The notes beneath the pieces were generated by a model. It was given only the letters and a program-made list of their open reading frames with translations, did no database searches and was not told where the DNA came from. A stretch of 64,000 bases of DNA from Vulcanimicrobiota bacterium. Its GTDB lineage: Bacteria > Vulcanimicrobiota > Vulcanimicrobiia > Vulcanimicrobiales > Vulcanimicrobiaceae. The stretch covers positions 96,001 through 160,000 of the forward strand of contig CAVTCS010000003.1 of assembly GCA_963733295.1 (NCBI GenBank). Direction: 5' to 3'. A program made the position numbers and the translations under genes. This document shows positions 46,899 to 55,617 of this stretch, piece by piece (within the stretch, counting starts at the first letter, position 1; each line of letters begins with the position of its first letter).

Positions 46899-46919
46899 TA
46901 ACCTACTAGTTAGTATAAT
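46892..46919 (+). promoter_or_regulatory. Consensus sigma70 promoter TTGACA-N16-TATAAT
   Basis: TTGACA at 46892-46897 and TATAAT at 46914-46919, upstream of the DUF1059 gene. Confidence 0.8.
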
Positions 46920-46966
46920 CCTACCACTAGGTCAAATTAAGCCCCCGCTTCCGAGAGGTGGAGAAC

Positions 46967-47158
46967 ATGCAGACGAAGACGCGCAAGCTGATCGATTGTC
47001 GTGAATTTCCGAGTGAGACGAACTGCTCGCTAACGATCTCCGGGACCGAATCCGAGGTGTTGAAGGCCGCGCAGGAACACGCCGTTTCGACTCACGGTCA
47101 CAAAGCCGGTCCAGAACTCGAAAGTGCGCTGCGAGCTTCGCTGCGCGACGAAAAGTAG
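46967..47158 (+). CDS. DUF1059 family small protein
   Basis: RKLIDCREFPSETNCSLTISGTESEV...EHAVSTHGH. Confidence 0.85.
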   Translation: MQTKTRKLIDCREFPSETNCSLTISGTESEVLKAAQEHAVSTHGHKAGPELESALRASLRDEK

Positions 47159-47177
47159 CCGCTCCCTAACGCTTCGT

Positions 47178-47987
47178 CTAAACGGGTAGGCCGTGCGAGA
47201 GCAATGCGATGTAGGCCGCCACGACGAGGACGAAGAGAACGATCGCCATCGGCTCGATCCGCAGCGGCGCTCCGCTCCTGCGCTCGGGAACGACGAGCGA
47301 GGCGCGCGAGCTGTACATCGCCGTGACGACGAGATCGATGTCCCCGAGGCCGGCGAGCAAACCGAAACCGACCGCAACCGCGGGCGTGCCGATCCCGCCG
47401 AGACCGCTCAAGAGCGTTCCCGCGAACAGCGGCAGATAGAAGCCGCGGAAAATGTAGCGCCGCCGGTCCGCCGGCGATTCGAGAGGAAAGGCCTCGGGTG
47501 CGACTGCGAGCATCGTAGCCGCCGCCGGCCGCCCTAGCAGCACGACGATCCCAATGCCGGCCGCGGCCACCAAGTAGCGCGGCCAGAGCGGCCATCCAAG
47601 ACGATCGGCGATCTGCGCGGTGTCGCCGACCCATAGCCACGGCGTCACGACCAGGTAGTTCGCGAACTCGAGAACGCCGAGCCACGCCAGCCAGAAGAGG
47701 AACAGTCGCCCGAAGGTGTAGCGCGGCTCGCCGCGTTGGAAGAGAGCGAGAAAAAACACCCCGAGGGCGAGGCTCGTAAGCGGACCCGCGGCCAGGATGA
47801 TCAGATCTTGCGCCGTCGTTCCGCTCGGATTGTCTTCGTAGAACGCATAGATGCGCGGCGCGAAGCCGAGGCTCTGCGCCGCCAGCCCGTGCCCCGTTTC
47901 GTGGAGCGCCGCAGTCAACAGCCCCGCGCTCGCATACGCGAGCGTCGAATTGAGGCCGAACGTGAGTTGCGGTGAAAGACGCTCCAC
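47178..47987 (-). CDS. Membrane zinc metalloprotease (M50-like)
   Basis: GGAGG RBS; LHETGH, AAGP, GD motif, multiple TMs. Confidence 0.75.
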   Translation of the reverse strand: MERLSPQLTFGLNSTLAYASAGLLTAALHETGHGLAAQSLGFAPRIYAFYEDNPSGTTAQDLIILAAGPLTSLALGVFFLALFQRGEPRYTFGRLFLFWLAWLGVLEFANYLVVTPWLWVGDTAQIADRLGWPLWPRYLVAAAGIGIVVLLGRPAAATMLAVAPEAFPLESPADRRRYIFRGFYLPLFAGTLLSGLGGIGTPAVAVGFGLLAGLGDIDLVVTAMYSSRASLVVPERRSGAPLRIEPMAIVLFVLVVAAYIALLSHGLPV

Positions 47988-48001
47988 GAAATGCCTCCCC
48001 G

Positions 48002-48496
48002 TCAATCTTCGGGTGCGTAGACCATCTCGTCGGATTTCGCTACGAAGCCGAGCGATTTGTACAGCGTTCTCCCCATTGAAGACGAGCCTAGCGTGAGCCT
48101 GTCGATCGCGAGAGCGCGAGCTTCGGACAGGACCGCTTGCATCAGCGCACGAGCCACGCCGCTGCGCCGGAAGCGTGGCTCGACGTAGACGTCGCGAACG
48201 CGCCCGTCGACGCCCCCGAAGGGATGCCCGTAGCGCGGCAAGGTTGGAAAAATCGTGAGGGAGGCCGAGCCCGCTACCGCGCCGTCGCGCAGAGCGATCC
48301 ACGACCGCAAGAACGAGCGTTCGTCGGCAAGTTGCGCGGCGAAGAAGCCGGTGCAGACGCGCTGATACTCGCTGCGGCTGGGCGCGTCCCCCGCGTGGCG
48401 TTCGAAGGCGGAGCTCGCCCGCATCCGCCCCAACTCCTCCGCATCGGAGACGGTCGCGCGCCGGATCTGTACGTTCGCCGTCTCGTCTGCGTGCAT
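48002..48496 (-). CDS. GNAT acetyltransferase
   Basis: VYVEPRFRRSGVARAL, GRTLYKSLGF. Confidence 0.9.
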   Translation of the reverse strand: MHADETANVQIRRATVSDAEELGRMRASSAFERHAGDAPSRSEYQRVCTGFFAAQLADERSFLRSWIALRDGAVAGSASLTIFPTLPRYGHPFGGVDGRVRDVYVEPRFRRSGVARALMQAVLSEARALAIDRLTLGSSSMGRTLYKSLGFVAKSDEMVYAPED

Positions 48497-48514
48497 GTCC
48501 TCGCGGGCGGGCGT

Positions 48515-49060
48515 CTACTTTTGCGCGACGCCCTCGACTGAAAGTTCGATCTTGACTTCGTCGCCGATTGCGACGCCGCCGGTTTCGAGCGTCTGATTCC
48601 AGAGCAGCCCGAACTCTTTGCGGCTGATCTTCCCATGCGCTTCGTAGCCGACGCGCTCGTTACCCCACGGGTCCTTCGAGGTGCCCTCGAACGTCGCTTT
48701 CAAAACGACCGGAAGCGTCTTGTTGCGAATCGTCAGATTGCCGTGAACGTCGAACTCGTCGCCGCTCGCCTCGATCTTCGTGCTTTCGAACTCGATCTTG
48801 GGGTAGGTTTCCGCGTCGAAAAAGTCCGGCGAGCGCAAATGCGCGTCGCGTTGCGGTTCGCTCGTTGAGATCGAGCCGGTCTCGATAGTCGCGCGGACCG
48901 CGGTCGGCGTGCGCCCGCCGTCGGTCGCTTCGATCGTTCCGGCGAGCGCCGTGAAGCGGCCGCGGACTTTGGCGATCATCATGTGCCGGACGACGAACTC
49001 GGCGGTCGTGTGTGAGGGGTCCACTGCGAAGACTTGGGTAGTCGAGGGAGCGGTTGTCAC
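48515..49060 (-). CDS. YceI family protein
   Basis: AAGGAG RBS; DPSHTTAEFVVRHMMIAKVRGRF, RDAHLRSPDFFD, DPWGNER. Confidence 0.93.
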   Translation of the reverse strand: MTTAPSTTQVFAVDPSHTTAEFVVRHMMIAKVRGRFTALAGTIEATDGGRTPTAVRATIETGSISTSEPQRDAHLRSPDFFDAETYPKIEFESTKIEASGDEFDVHGNLTIRNKTLPVVLKATFEGTSKDPWGNERVGYEAHGKISRKEFGLLWNQTLETGGVAIGDEVKIELSVEGVAQK

Positions 49061-49175
49061 GTTGGATTTCTCCTTGGCGTTGGGCTGCACTTGTGGTATC
49101 GTTGGGGTGCGCACTCACTATTCCACGCACAGTCTCTGAGTGCAATAAGGCACCAGAAAGTAGTATAGGAACCCA

Positions 49176-49562
49176 ATGGTAACCGAACCGGGAGTCTACT
49201 CGGGCGCGTGCCCGGCCCGCGAGCTGCTCGACCGGATCGCCAACAAATGGACGACGCTGATCGTCGGCACGCTCGCGGAGGCGCGCGGCGCGGTGCGTTT
49301 CACCGAGTTGCGGCGATCGATCGGGGGCATTTCCCAAAAAATGCTTACGCAGACCCTGCGCGATCTCGAGCGCGACGGCCTCGTGACGCGAAAAGTTTTC
49401 CCGGTCATCCCGCCGCGCGTCGAGTATACGGTGACGCCGCTCGGTCTAACGCTGCGCGAACCGCTCAGCGCGCTGTCGGCGTGGACCGAGAGCCACATGG
49501 CCGAAGTCAAAGCAGCCCAACGGCGCTTCGACGAACGTTCCGACGGCGCGAGCGTCGCCTAG
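49176..49562 (+). CDS. HxlR-family regulator
   Basis: [37 protein letters not shown]. Confidence 0.93.
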   Translation: MVTEPGVYSGACPARELLDRIANKWTTLIVGTLAEARGAVRFTELRRSIGGISQKMLTQTLRDLERDGLVTRKVFPVIPPRVEYTVTPLGLTLREPLSALSAWTESHMAEVKAAQRRFDERSDGASVA

Positions 49563-49575
49563 TTGACGTAACCGC

Positions 49576-51417
49576 TTAGCGTGAAGAACCTCCGAGGAGG
49601 CTCACGCTGCGCTGCGGATCGATGAGCGGCAGCTTCCCATCGGCGGTCGGGGTAGCGCCTCTGATGATGAGCGCCTTGACTTGCTCCGGCGTCAGCGACG
49701 GATCGAGCGCGAATAGTTTTGCGGCGAGGTTCGCAACGTTCGGCGAGGCCATCGAGGTGCCGGAGAACTTCACGACGTAGCCGCCCGGGATTTTGCTCGG
49801 GACGTGAAAACCGTCCGCGTAGACGGCCACGGTCGGACCGTAACTCGTAAAGTTCGTCGCGTCGCCGGCCTGGTTTACCGCGCCGACCACGATGATGTTC
49901 GGGTACTTGAACGAGGCAGGCACGTCTTCCGAGAAGCTCGCGTCGTTGTCGCCGTTGCCTGCTGCCGCGACGAAGAGCGTATCCGGTGTGTTCTTGATGA
50001 CGTTCTCGACGGCGGCTCGCCAAATCGCATAGAGGTCCTGAGCCTTTTTCTTGCGAGTTTGCGGATCAGCGTTTTTGTCGGTCTTCGCGAGCCACAGCTC
50101 GAATTCGCTGACGGTGTCGCCCCAGCTCATGTTGACGACGCGCACGTGATTGGCTCGGAAGTAGGCAGCGATCTGGGCAAAGTTTCCGGCCATCGTCCGC
50201 GCCCATTCCGGCGTGGGTTCGAAGGTGAGGTTGGGGAGGTTGTCGTCGAAGCGGGCTACGACGATCTTCGCACCCGGGTTGCCGCGCGACGCGATTCCCG
50301 CGACGTGAGACCCGTGCGCGTATTCACCGAGCAGATCGAAATCTTGTTCGAAAGCCGCCTCTTGATCGGGAGAGAGCGAGCGCATGTATTTTTCGGCCTT
50401 CTGCGCCTCGGGTGAATCGACACCACTCTGCAGGTCGGACAACCCGCCCATCAGGGCGACGTCCTCCGGATATTTCGCCAACAGAGCGGGCGGCAGCGGG
50501 TACAGATAGGAGCTCGATGCGGCGCCGTCGTCGGCAAAAGCTAAGCCGTGGCGTCCTGCAGAATCGACGAACATCGCGGCCGGGTAATCGGACGGGTCAA
50601 CGCCGGAGTCCCAGATGCCGATAACGACGGGAGCTTTGACTTGCGCGGGACTCAGCGTGACTTCGCGCGCGTTCCAAATGTCCGGCTTAACCACATCGTG
50701 TTGCGCGATGTAGGCTTTGAGAATCGGCAGGTCCGGCTGGAAGAGCGGCAACGCGACGAGAAGCTGCGCGCGCAACTGTACCAGCACCCGCGCCGAGGGA
50801 CCGTCGAGTGTCCCGGTCTTCGCGGCGATCGGATCGAGCTCGTGCTTTGCGAAACCGACGAGCGCATCTTTGGTTGCGAGCGATTCACGCGCGTAACCTT
50901 CCTTGACCGAATCCTGCACGACGCCCCAGGGAAGCGCATCGACCGCTTTGCGATCGGACAGCGCGAAGGCTGCGTTGACTTGGCTCGCGCTTCCGCCCTT
51001 TGTTTGTTCGAGCGCGTCCACGTAGCTGCTATAGAGACGCCCTGCCAAAAGCTGGAGATCCGGCTTCGTCTCCGCAGCCCGAAGCTGCGCGATCGTTTGA
51101 CGAGCCCCCGCGTTATCGTGCGCGAGAATTTGCACCGCCAATTTAGCCGAGATGAAATCCCGCAGAGACGACTTGTCTTCGATGTCGTAGTCGCGCAGCG
51201 TTTTGTCGACGTCGGCGCCGACCGCCGCCGCGAACGGTGCGAACGTCGCATCGTCGGAAACGAGCAAGACCGAGGGCGCAGACGGCATTGGATACGAGAA
51301 CCGCGGCAGTTGCGTTTCGTCGTGGACCGGCGTGCGCGCGGGCTGGGCAACCGCCGGTAAGACGCAGCATGCCAGCGCGCAAGCGATGGTCAAAAGGGTA
51401 GGGCGAATCTTCGTCAT
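49576..51417 (-). CDS. Secreted S8 subtilisin-like serine peptidase
   Basis: WDSG, HGSHVAG, AAGN, GTSMASP. Confidence 0.92.
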   Translation of the reverse strand: MTKIRPTLLTIACALACCVLPAVAQPARTPVHDETQLPRFSYPMPSAPSVLLVSDDATFAPFAAAVGADVDKTLRDYDIEDKSSLRDFISAKLAVQILAHDNAGARQTIAQLRAAETKPDLQLLAGRLYSSYVDALEQTKGGSASQVNAAFALSDRKAVDALPWGVVQDSVKEGYARESLATKDALVGFAKHELDPIAAKTGTLDGPSARVLVQLRAQLLVALPLFQPDLPILKAYIAQHDVVKPDIWNAREVTLSPAQVKAPVVIGIWDSGVDPSDYPAAMFVDSAGRHGLAFADDGAASSSYLYPLPPALLAKYPEDVALMGGLSDLQSGVDSPEAQKAEKYMRSLSPDQEAAFEQDFDLLGEYAHGSHVAGIASRGNPGAKIVVARFDDNLPNLTFEPTPEWARTMAGNFAQIAAYFRANHVRVVNMSWGDTVSEFELWLAKTDKNADPQTRKKKAQDLYAIWRAAVENVIKNTPDTLFVAAAGNGDNDASFSEDVPASFKYPNIIVVGAVNQAGDATNFTSYGPTVAVYADGFHVPSKIPGGYVVKFSGTSMASPNVANLAAKLFALDPSLTPEQVKALIIRGATPTADGKLPLIDPQRSVSLLGGSSR

Positions 51418-51710
51418 TGCAAACACGACCTTCTCTGTCGGGGGCGGAGGCGCAGAACTCCTGCGCCGGGTTTAGCCCAAGCTACAGACTGCGCCGATCG
51501 CGTGTTTCGTTTTGACGCGGGCAGCCGGCGTGCGGAAGTTAGCCGCGCGGGGCTAGCGCCGCTGGGTCGGCGCCTCGAGATTCGTGCGGTTGAGCAGCAC
51601 GGCTTGGCGAGCGGCTGGTGGCGAACCGCACCGGCGCCCGCGCGGCTCGGTGGCGCCCATCCTCACGTTAGCCGTGCCTTCTTGAAATATCAAGCAGGGC
51701 TAAATTAACT

Positions 51711-51726
51711 ATTAGGCGTACCTAAT
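51711..51726. promoter_or_regulatory. Palindromic operator ATTAGG-CGTA-CCTAAT
   Basis: Perfect 6-bp inverted repeat in an AT-rich patch 20 nt before the next gene. Confidence 0.6.
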
Positions 51727-51745
51727 TCAACGAAGGGAGTAGAAC

Positions 51746-52870
51746 TTGACCCGCTTCGCCCTACCCGGATTGGTCTTGCTTCTGTTCGTTTCGGCGCTGG
51801 CCGCCCGGCCCGAGCCTTCGCACGCGATTCCGCTATTCGCGCACCAATACGAGGTGACGTGCGACAAGTGCCATTCGGTGATTCCGCACCTCAACGAATT
51901 CGGCGCTGCTTTTGTGGCGAGCGGCTACCGGATCCCGGGCGTCACGCCGGGTCCGGCGTTCCCGCTCTCGGGGAAAACGAATCTGGTCGATTCGAGCGAG
52001 TACCAGGGCAGCGGCCCGAACGGTGCCGGGCTTCCGAAAGCAATCGTCGATGAGGTGGAGTTGTTCTCGACGGGCACGATCGGCACGCGAGCGTCGTGGC
52101 TCGTCGAACAATACGTCGTCGATGGGGGTCTGCCGGGCTTGACGCGCGATGCCTGGATCAACGACCGGATCAATCCGTGGCAGGCAAAAATTCCCGTCTA
52201 CGTGCAAGCCGGTTCGTTCACGTTGCCGCTGGCAGTCGATCCTGAAACGTTTCGCGACTCGTATCAAGGCTACACGCCGTACGAACAAACCGTGGGCTCG
52301 AATCCGTTCAACTACTTCGATCCGAAAATCGGCGCGCGGCTCGGCGTCGGAGATCCCCTGCGCGGTCTGAACGTGCAAATCTTTGCCGGCCCCGGCCACG
52401 ATCGCCAAAGCGGTCTGCCCACCGACGGCACCGATACGATGGGCCTCGTTCAGGACGCGCTCGGGCCCTGGACGCTCACCACCTATCGCTACCAAGGCAT
52501 GCGTCCGACCCCGGCGGGCCAGGACAACTTCTGGCGCATGGGTTACGGGCTCGTTTACGATCAGTGGGGCCGTTTCTCGAGCGAAACGGTGCTGCAGGAA
52601 GGTTGGGATTCGACCTGCGGCGTGTCGGCTTCGGCGGCGTGTTCGTCGAGCGGCGGTTTCACGCAACTGCGCTACGAACTCGGGCCGCGCTGGTACGTTC
52701 TCGGACGCTACGAAGGGACGAACGATACGATCGACGGGATGACTCGAGACGGCCTTTTCCTGCTGGGATATGGTCCGAGCGAAAACTCCCGGGTCACGAT
52801 CGAGGACGTCATTGCGCACGTTCCCCGAACGACGCATACGATGAACCTTCAATTTAGCGTGGCCTTTTGA
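51746..52870 (+). CDS. Monoheme cytochrome c-beta-barrel fusion (Cyc2-like)
   Basis: Signal peptide, then AIPLFAHQYEVTCDKCH...LNEFG..F...GY; C-terminal NLQFSVAF beta-signal. Confidence 0.75.
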   Translation: MTRFALPGLVLLLFVSALAARPEPSHAIPLFAHQYEVTCDKCHSVIPHLNEFGAAFVASGYRIPGVTPGPAFPLSGKTNLVDSSEYQGSGPNGAGLPKAIVDEVELFSTGTIGTRASWLVEQYVVDGGLPGLTRDAWINDRINPWQAKIPVYVQAGSFTLPLAVDPETFRDSYQGYTPYEQTVGSNPFNYFDPKIGARLGVGDPLRGLNVQIFAGPGHDRQSGLPTDGTDTMGLVQDALGPWTLTTYRYQGMRPTPAGQDNFWRMGYGLVYDQWGRFSSETVLQEGWDSTCGVSASAACSSSGGFTQLRYELGPRWYVLGRYEGTNDTIDGMTRDGLFLLGYGPSENSRVTIEDVIAHVPRTTHTMNLQFSVAF

Positions 52871-53439
52871 TGCGAGCGCCGCGCTGGATGCTGATCGGCT
52901 GCTTCGTGGCGAGCGCCGTCGTGCCCGCAGGCGTGGCTTGCGCCGAAACGACCGCGTCGCGTGCGATCGATCCATCCAAGTCGAGCGCGCAATTCAGCGT
53001 CGAGCACATCTTCGTCTCGCGAGTCACGGGAAAAGTGCCGATCCTCAGCGGGGAGGTGAACCTCGCGGAAGGCTCGGCGATTCCGGTCGAAGTCACGGCG
53101 GTTCTCGATCCAAACGGCGTCGAAACGGGAGATCACGATCGCGACAAATCGCTCGAAAGTCCCGATTATTTCGACACGGCGAAGTTTCCGACGTGGACCT
53201 TCGCGAGCACGAAAATTGTCGCGAACGGACCGAATTCGTTTGGTATGGACGGCACCCTCACGATCCATGGTGTCGGCCAGCCGGAACACCTCGACGTGAC
53301 CGTGAGCGGCGACGCATCCAATCCGGCCTATCACGCCACCGGGCATATCGATCGGAAGGCCTTCGGAATGAAGGGCGCGCGTCTCGATCCGGTCATCGGT
53401 AACGTCGCCGACGTCACGCTCGAAATCGTTTTGAAGTAG
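52870..53439 (+). CDS. Periplasmic YceI family protein
   Basis: IDPSKSSAQFSVEH, RDKSLESPDYFD, GTLTIHG. Confidence 0.9.
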   Translation: MRAPRWMLIGCFVASAVVPAGVACAETTASRAIDPSKSSAQFSVEHIFVSRVTGKVPILSGEVNLAEGSAIPVEVTAVLDPNGVETGDHDRDKSLESPDYFDTAKFPTWTFASTKIVANGPNSFGMDGTLTIHGVGQPEHLDVTVSGDASNPAYHATGHIDRKAFGMKGARLDPVIGNVADVTLEIVLK

Positions 53440-53451
53440 CCAGAGCCCTAG

Positions 53452-54696
53452 CTAGCTCCCGCCGGCTCCGGTGAACGTCTGATAAAGATAGATGCCGCTG
53501 GCTGCGGCGACGGTGGCCGTAACTGCCCAGCCTGCAGCCGCGAGCGCTGCGGGGATGGTGCGATGATGCATTATCCCGCGGTCGCGGGCGACGAGGAGCA
53601 TCAGAACCAGCGTGAACGGAGTCGCGATGCCGCCGGCGATGCCGCTGACGTACAGCAGCTTGATCGGGGTAACGCCGGCAAATGCGATCGCGAGCGCGCA
53701 GAGCGTCGCGCCGATGAGCACGATGTAAAACTTGCGAGCTTGCGCGAAGGTCGTATCCAAACTTCGGCGCCAGCCGAACATCTCGGCGGCGACGTACGCC
53801 GAAGTGGCCGCGATCACCGGCACCGCGATGACCGCCGAAGCCAGCAGCCCGACGCCGAAAACCATCGCTGCAAACGGTCCTGCCAGCGGCACCAGCGCTT
53901 GGGCCGCATCTTGCGCCGTTTCTACGACGCGGTGGTGAACGCCGAGCGTCGCGCCGGTCGTAATCTCGATCGCCCAAAAGCAGAGTCCGGCTACGACGAT
54001 GCCGAGCGCGGAGTCGACTTGTACGAGCCCGAGCCGCTTTACGGGCGGACGCTCCTCACTCAGCTCGATCGTCTCCCAGACGTAAGCGTACGCGGTCAGC
54101 GTCGTCCCGAGCAACGCGATGGCGCCCGAGACGGTTGCCGGCTTCAGGTCGAAATGCGGAACGAAACTCGCAAGAAGGACGGCGTGCCAATCCGGGCGCG
54201 ATAGAACGAGCGAGGCGAAGTACGCGAGAAAGACGAGCGTCAGATAGCGTAGAACGCGCTCGATCTGTTTGTACTTCCCGACGATCAAGACCCCGAGCAT
54301 GCTGACCGCAAAGGGGACGAGCCACCAGCGGTAATCGGTATTCGTGAGGAGTCCCAGGGCGGCACCGCCGCCCTCCAGATCGGCAGCCAGCGTGAGCACG
54401 TTGACGGCGAGGAGCGACGCGAGCGCTAAGAGCGCCCACCAGCGGCCGTAGCGCGCGCGCACGCAGTCTTCGAGACCGCGCTTGGACACGACTCCGACTT
54501 GCGCCGCGATCGCTTGCACGATTGCGAGCATCGGAATGACCAGCAGCGTTAGCCACGCGAGCCCGTAGGTGACGGTCGATCCGATGACGGCGAGCGTCGC
54601 GACCGTCGTCGGATCGTTGTCCGAAGCGCCCGAGATGATGCCGGCGCCGAATTGAAATGCCTTCGGCGGTTTCCGGCTACCCGGGATTGAACGCGC
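53452..54696 (-). CDS. Nramp/MntH-family divalent metal transporter (start uncertain)
   Basis: The frame is open upstream of the track start 54531 and encodes GAGIISGASDNDPTTVAT; also GTTLTAY and multiple TMs. Confidence 0.85.
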   Translation of the reverse strand, partial: ARSIPGSRKPPKAFQFGAGIISGASDNDPTTVATLAVIGSTVTYGLAWLTLLVIPMLAIVQAIAAQVGVVSKRGLEDCVRARYGRWWALLALASLLAVNVLTLAADLEGGGAALGLLTNTDYRWWLVPFAVSMLGVLIVGKYKQIERVLRYLTLVFLAYFASLVLSRPDWHAVLLASFVPHFDLKPATVSGAIALLGTTLTAYAYVWETIELSEERPPVKRLGLVQVDSALGIVVAGLCFWAIEITTGATLGVHHRVVETAQDAAQALVPLAGPFAAMVFGVGLLASAVIAVPVIAATSAYVAAEMFGWRRSLDTTFAQARKFYIVLIGATLCALAIAFAGVTPIKLLYVSGIAGGIATPFTLVLMLLVARDRGIMHHRTIPAALAAAGWAVTATVAAASGIYLYQTFTGAGGS

Positions 54697-55498
54697 TCAC
54701 GGCGATTGCGCGGTTCGGGATGCGTATCTCATCCTCGACCGTGAAGCGCTCTTCGACCGTCTTCTCGACCGCTTCGCGTAAACGGCCGCGCTGCGCGGGG
54801 TCCAGGCTGTCGCGCAGCTTCCGCAGCGGAGGGGCGACGTCGAAGACGTGTTCGTAGTACTCGCTGGGGGACGCTAGCGAAAAGGTAACGTGCACGTCCT
54901 CGATGACGATGTCGCGATAACCGGCATCCTCGAAAAACTTTCGCAGCGCTACCGTATCGTGCAGCGCGAACGGACCGCCGGCCACCGGTCCCGGCTCGGT
55001 GCCGAGGTGCAGCATCGCGACGAGCATCGGCAGCGAAATCATCGGCACCTCGGGCGGAGCCCCCCAGACGGCGGCAACGAATCGTCCTCCCGGTTTCAGC
55101 TGCCGCCGGTAGTGTGTCAGCGACGCGCCGATGTCGGCTAAGAACATCAGGCCCCAGCGGCTCGCGATGGCATCGAACGGCTCGCTGCTCGCATACGCGC
55201 CGGCGTCGGCCTGCACGAAGTCCACGTTGGTGACATCTTCATGGCGAGCTCGTTCGCGCGCCAGGTTCAACATCGCGGGCGAAACGTCGATGGCGACGAC
55301 GCTGCCGTTCGGAGCGACTGCCTTGGCCAAGCTGATTGCGGGCTCCCCGAGCCCGGTGCCCAAATCGAGCACGCGATCGCCCGGAGCGACGCGCGCGAGT
55401 TCGACGATGCGTGCGGTGACCGAGCGCGCCCCGCGCTGGAAGATCGGCCACCAGCGCGACCACGCTGCTGCGACCTCGTCAAAGTTCATTTCCTGCAT
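54677..55498 (-). CDS. Class I SAM-dependent methyltransferase
   Basis: VLDLGTGLGEP, IDVSPAML, SRWGLMF, LKPGG. Confidence 0.9.
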   Translation of the reverse strand: MQEMNFDEVAAAWSRWWPIFQRGARSVTARIVELARVAPGDRVLDLGTGLGEPAISLAKAVAPNGSVVAIDVSPAMLNLARERARHEDVTNVDFVQADAGAYASSEPFDAIASRWGLMFLADIGASLTHYRRQLKPGGRFVAAVWGAPPEVPMISLPMLVAMLHLGTEPGPVAGGPFALHDTVALRKFFEDAGYRDIVIEDVHVTFSLASPSEYYEHVFDVAPPLRKLRDSLDPAQRGRLREAVEKTVEERFTVEDEIRIPNRAIAVSAFNPG

Positions 55499-55617
55499 GG
55501 GGGAACCGTTCGTCGCGTCGTCGTCCGGCACTGCCCGGCGCGTCGTCGCCCGACGGGAGCGCTCGACGTCGGAACGAACAAACGCGTTGCGGCCGGATCT
55601 GCGCCCGGCCACTGGAG

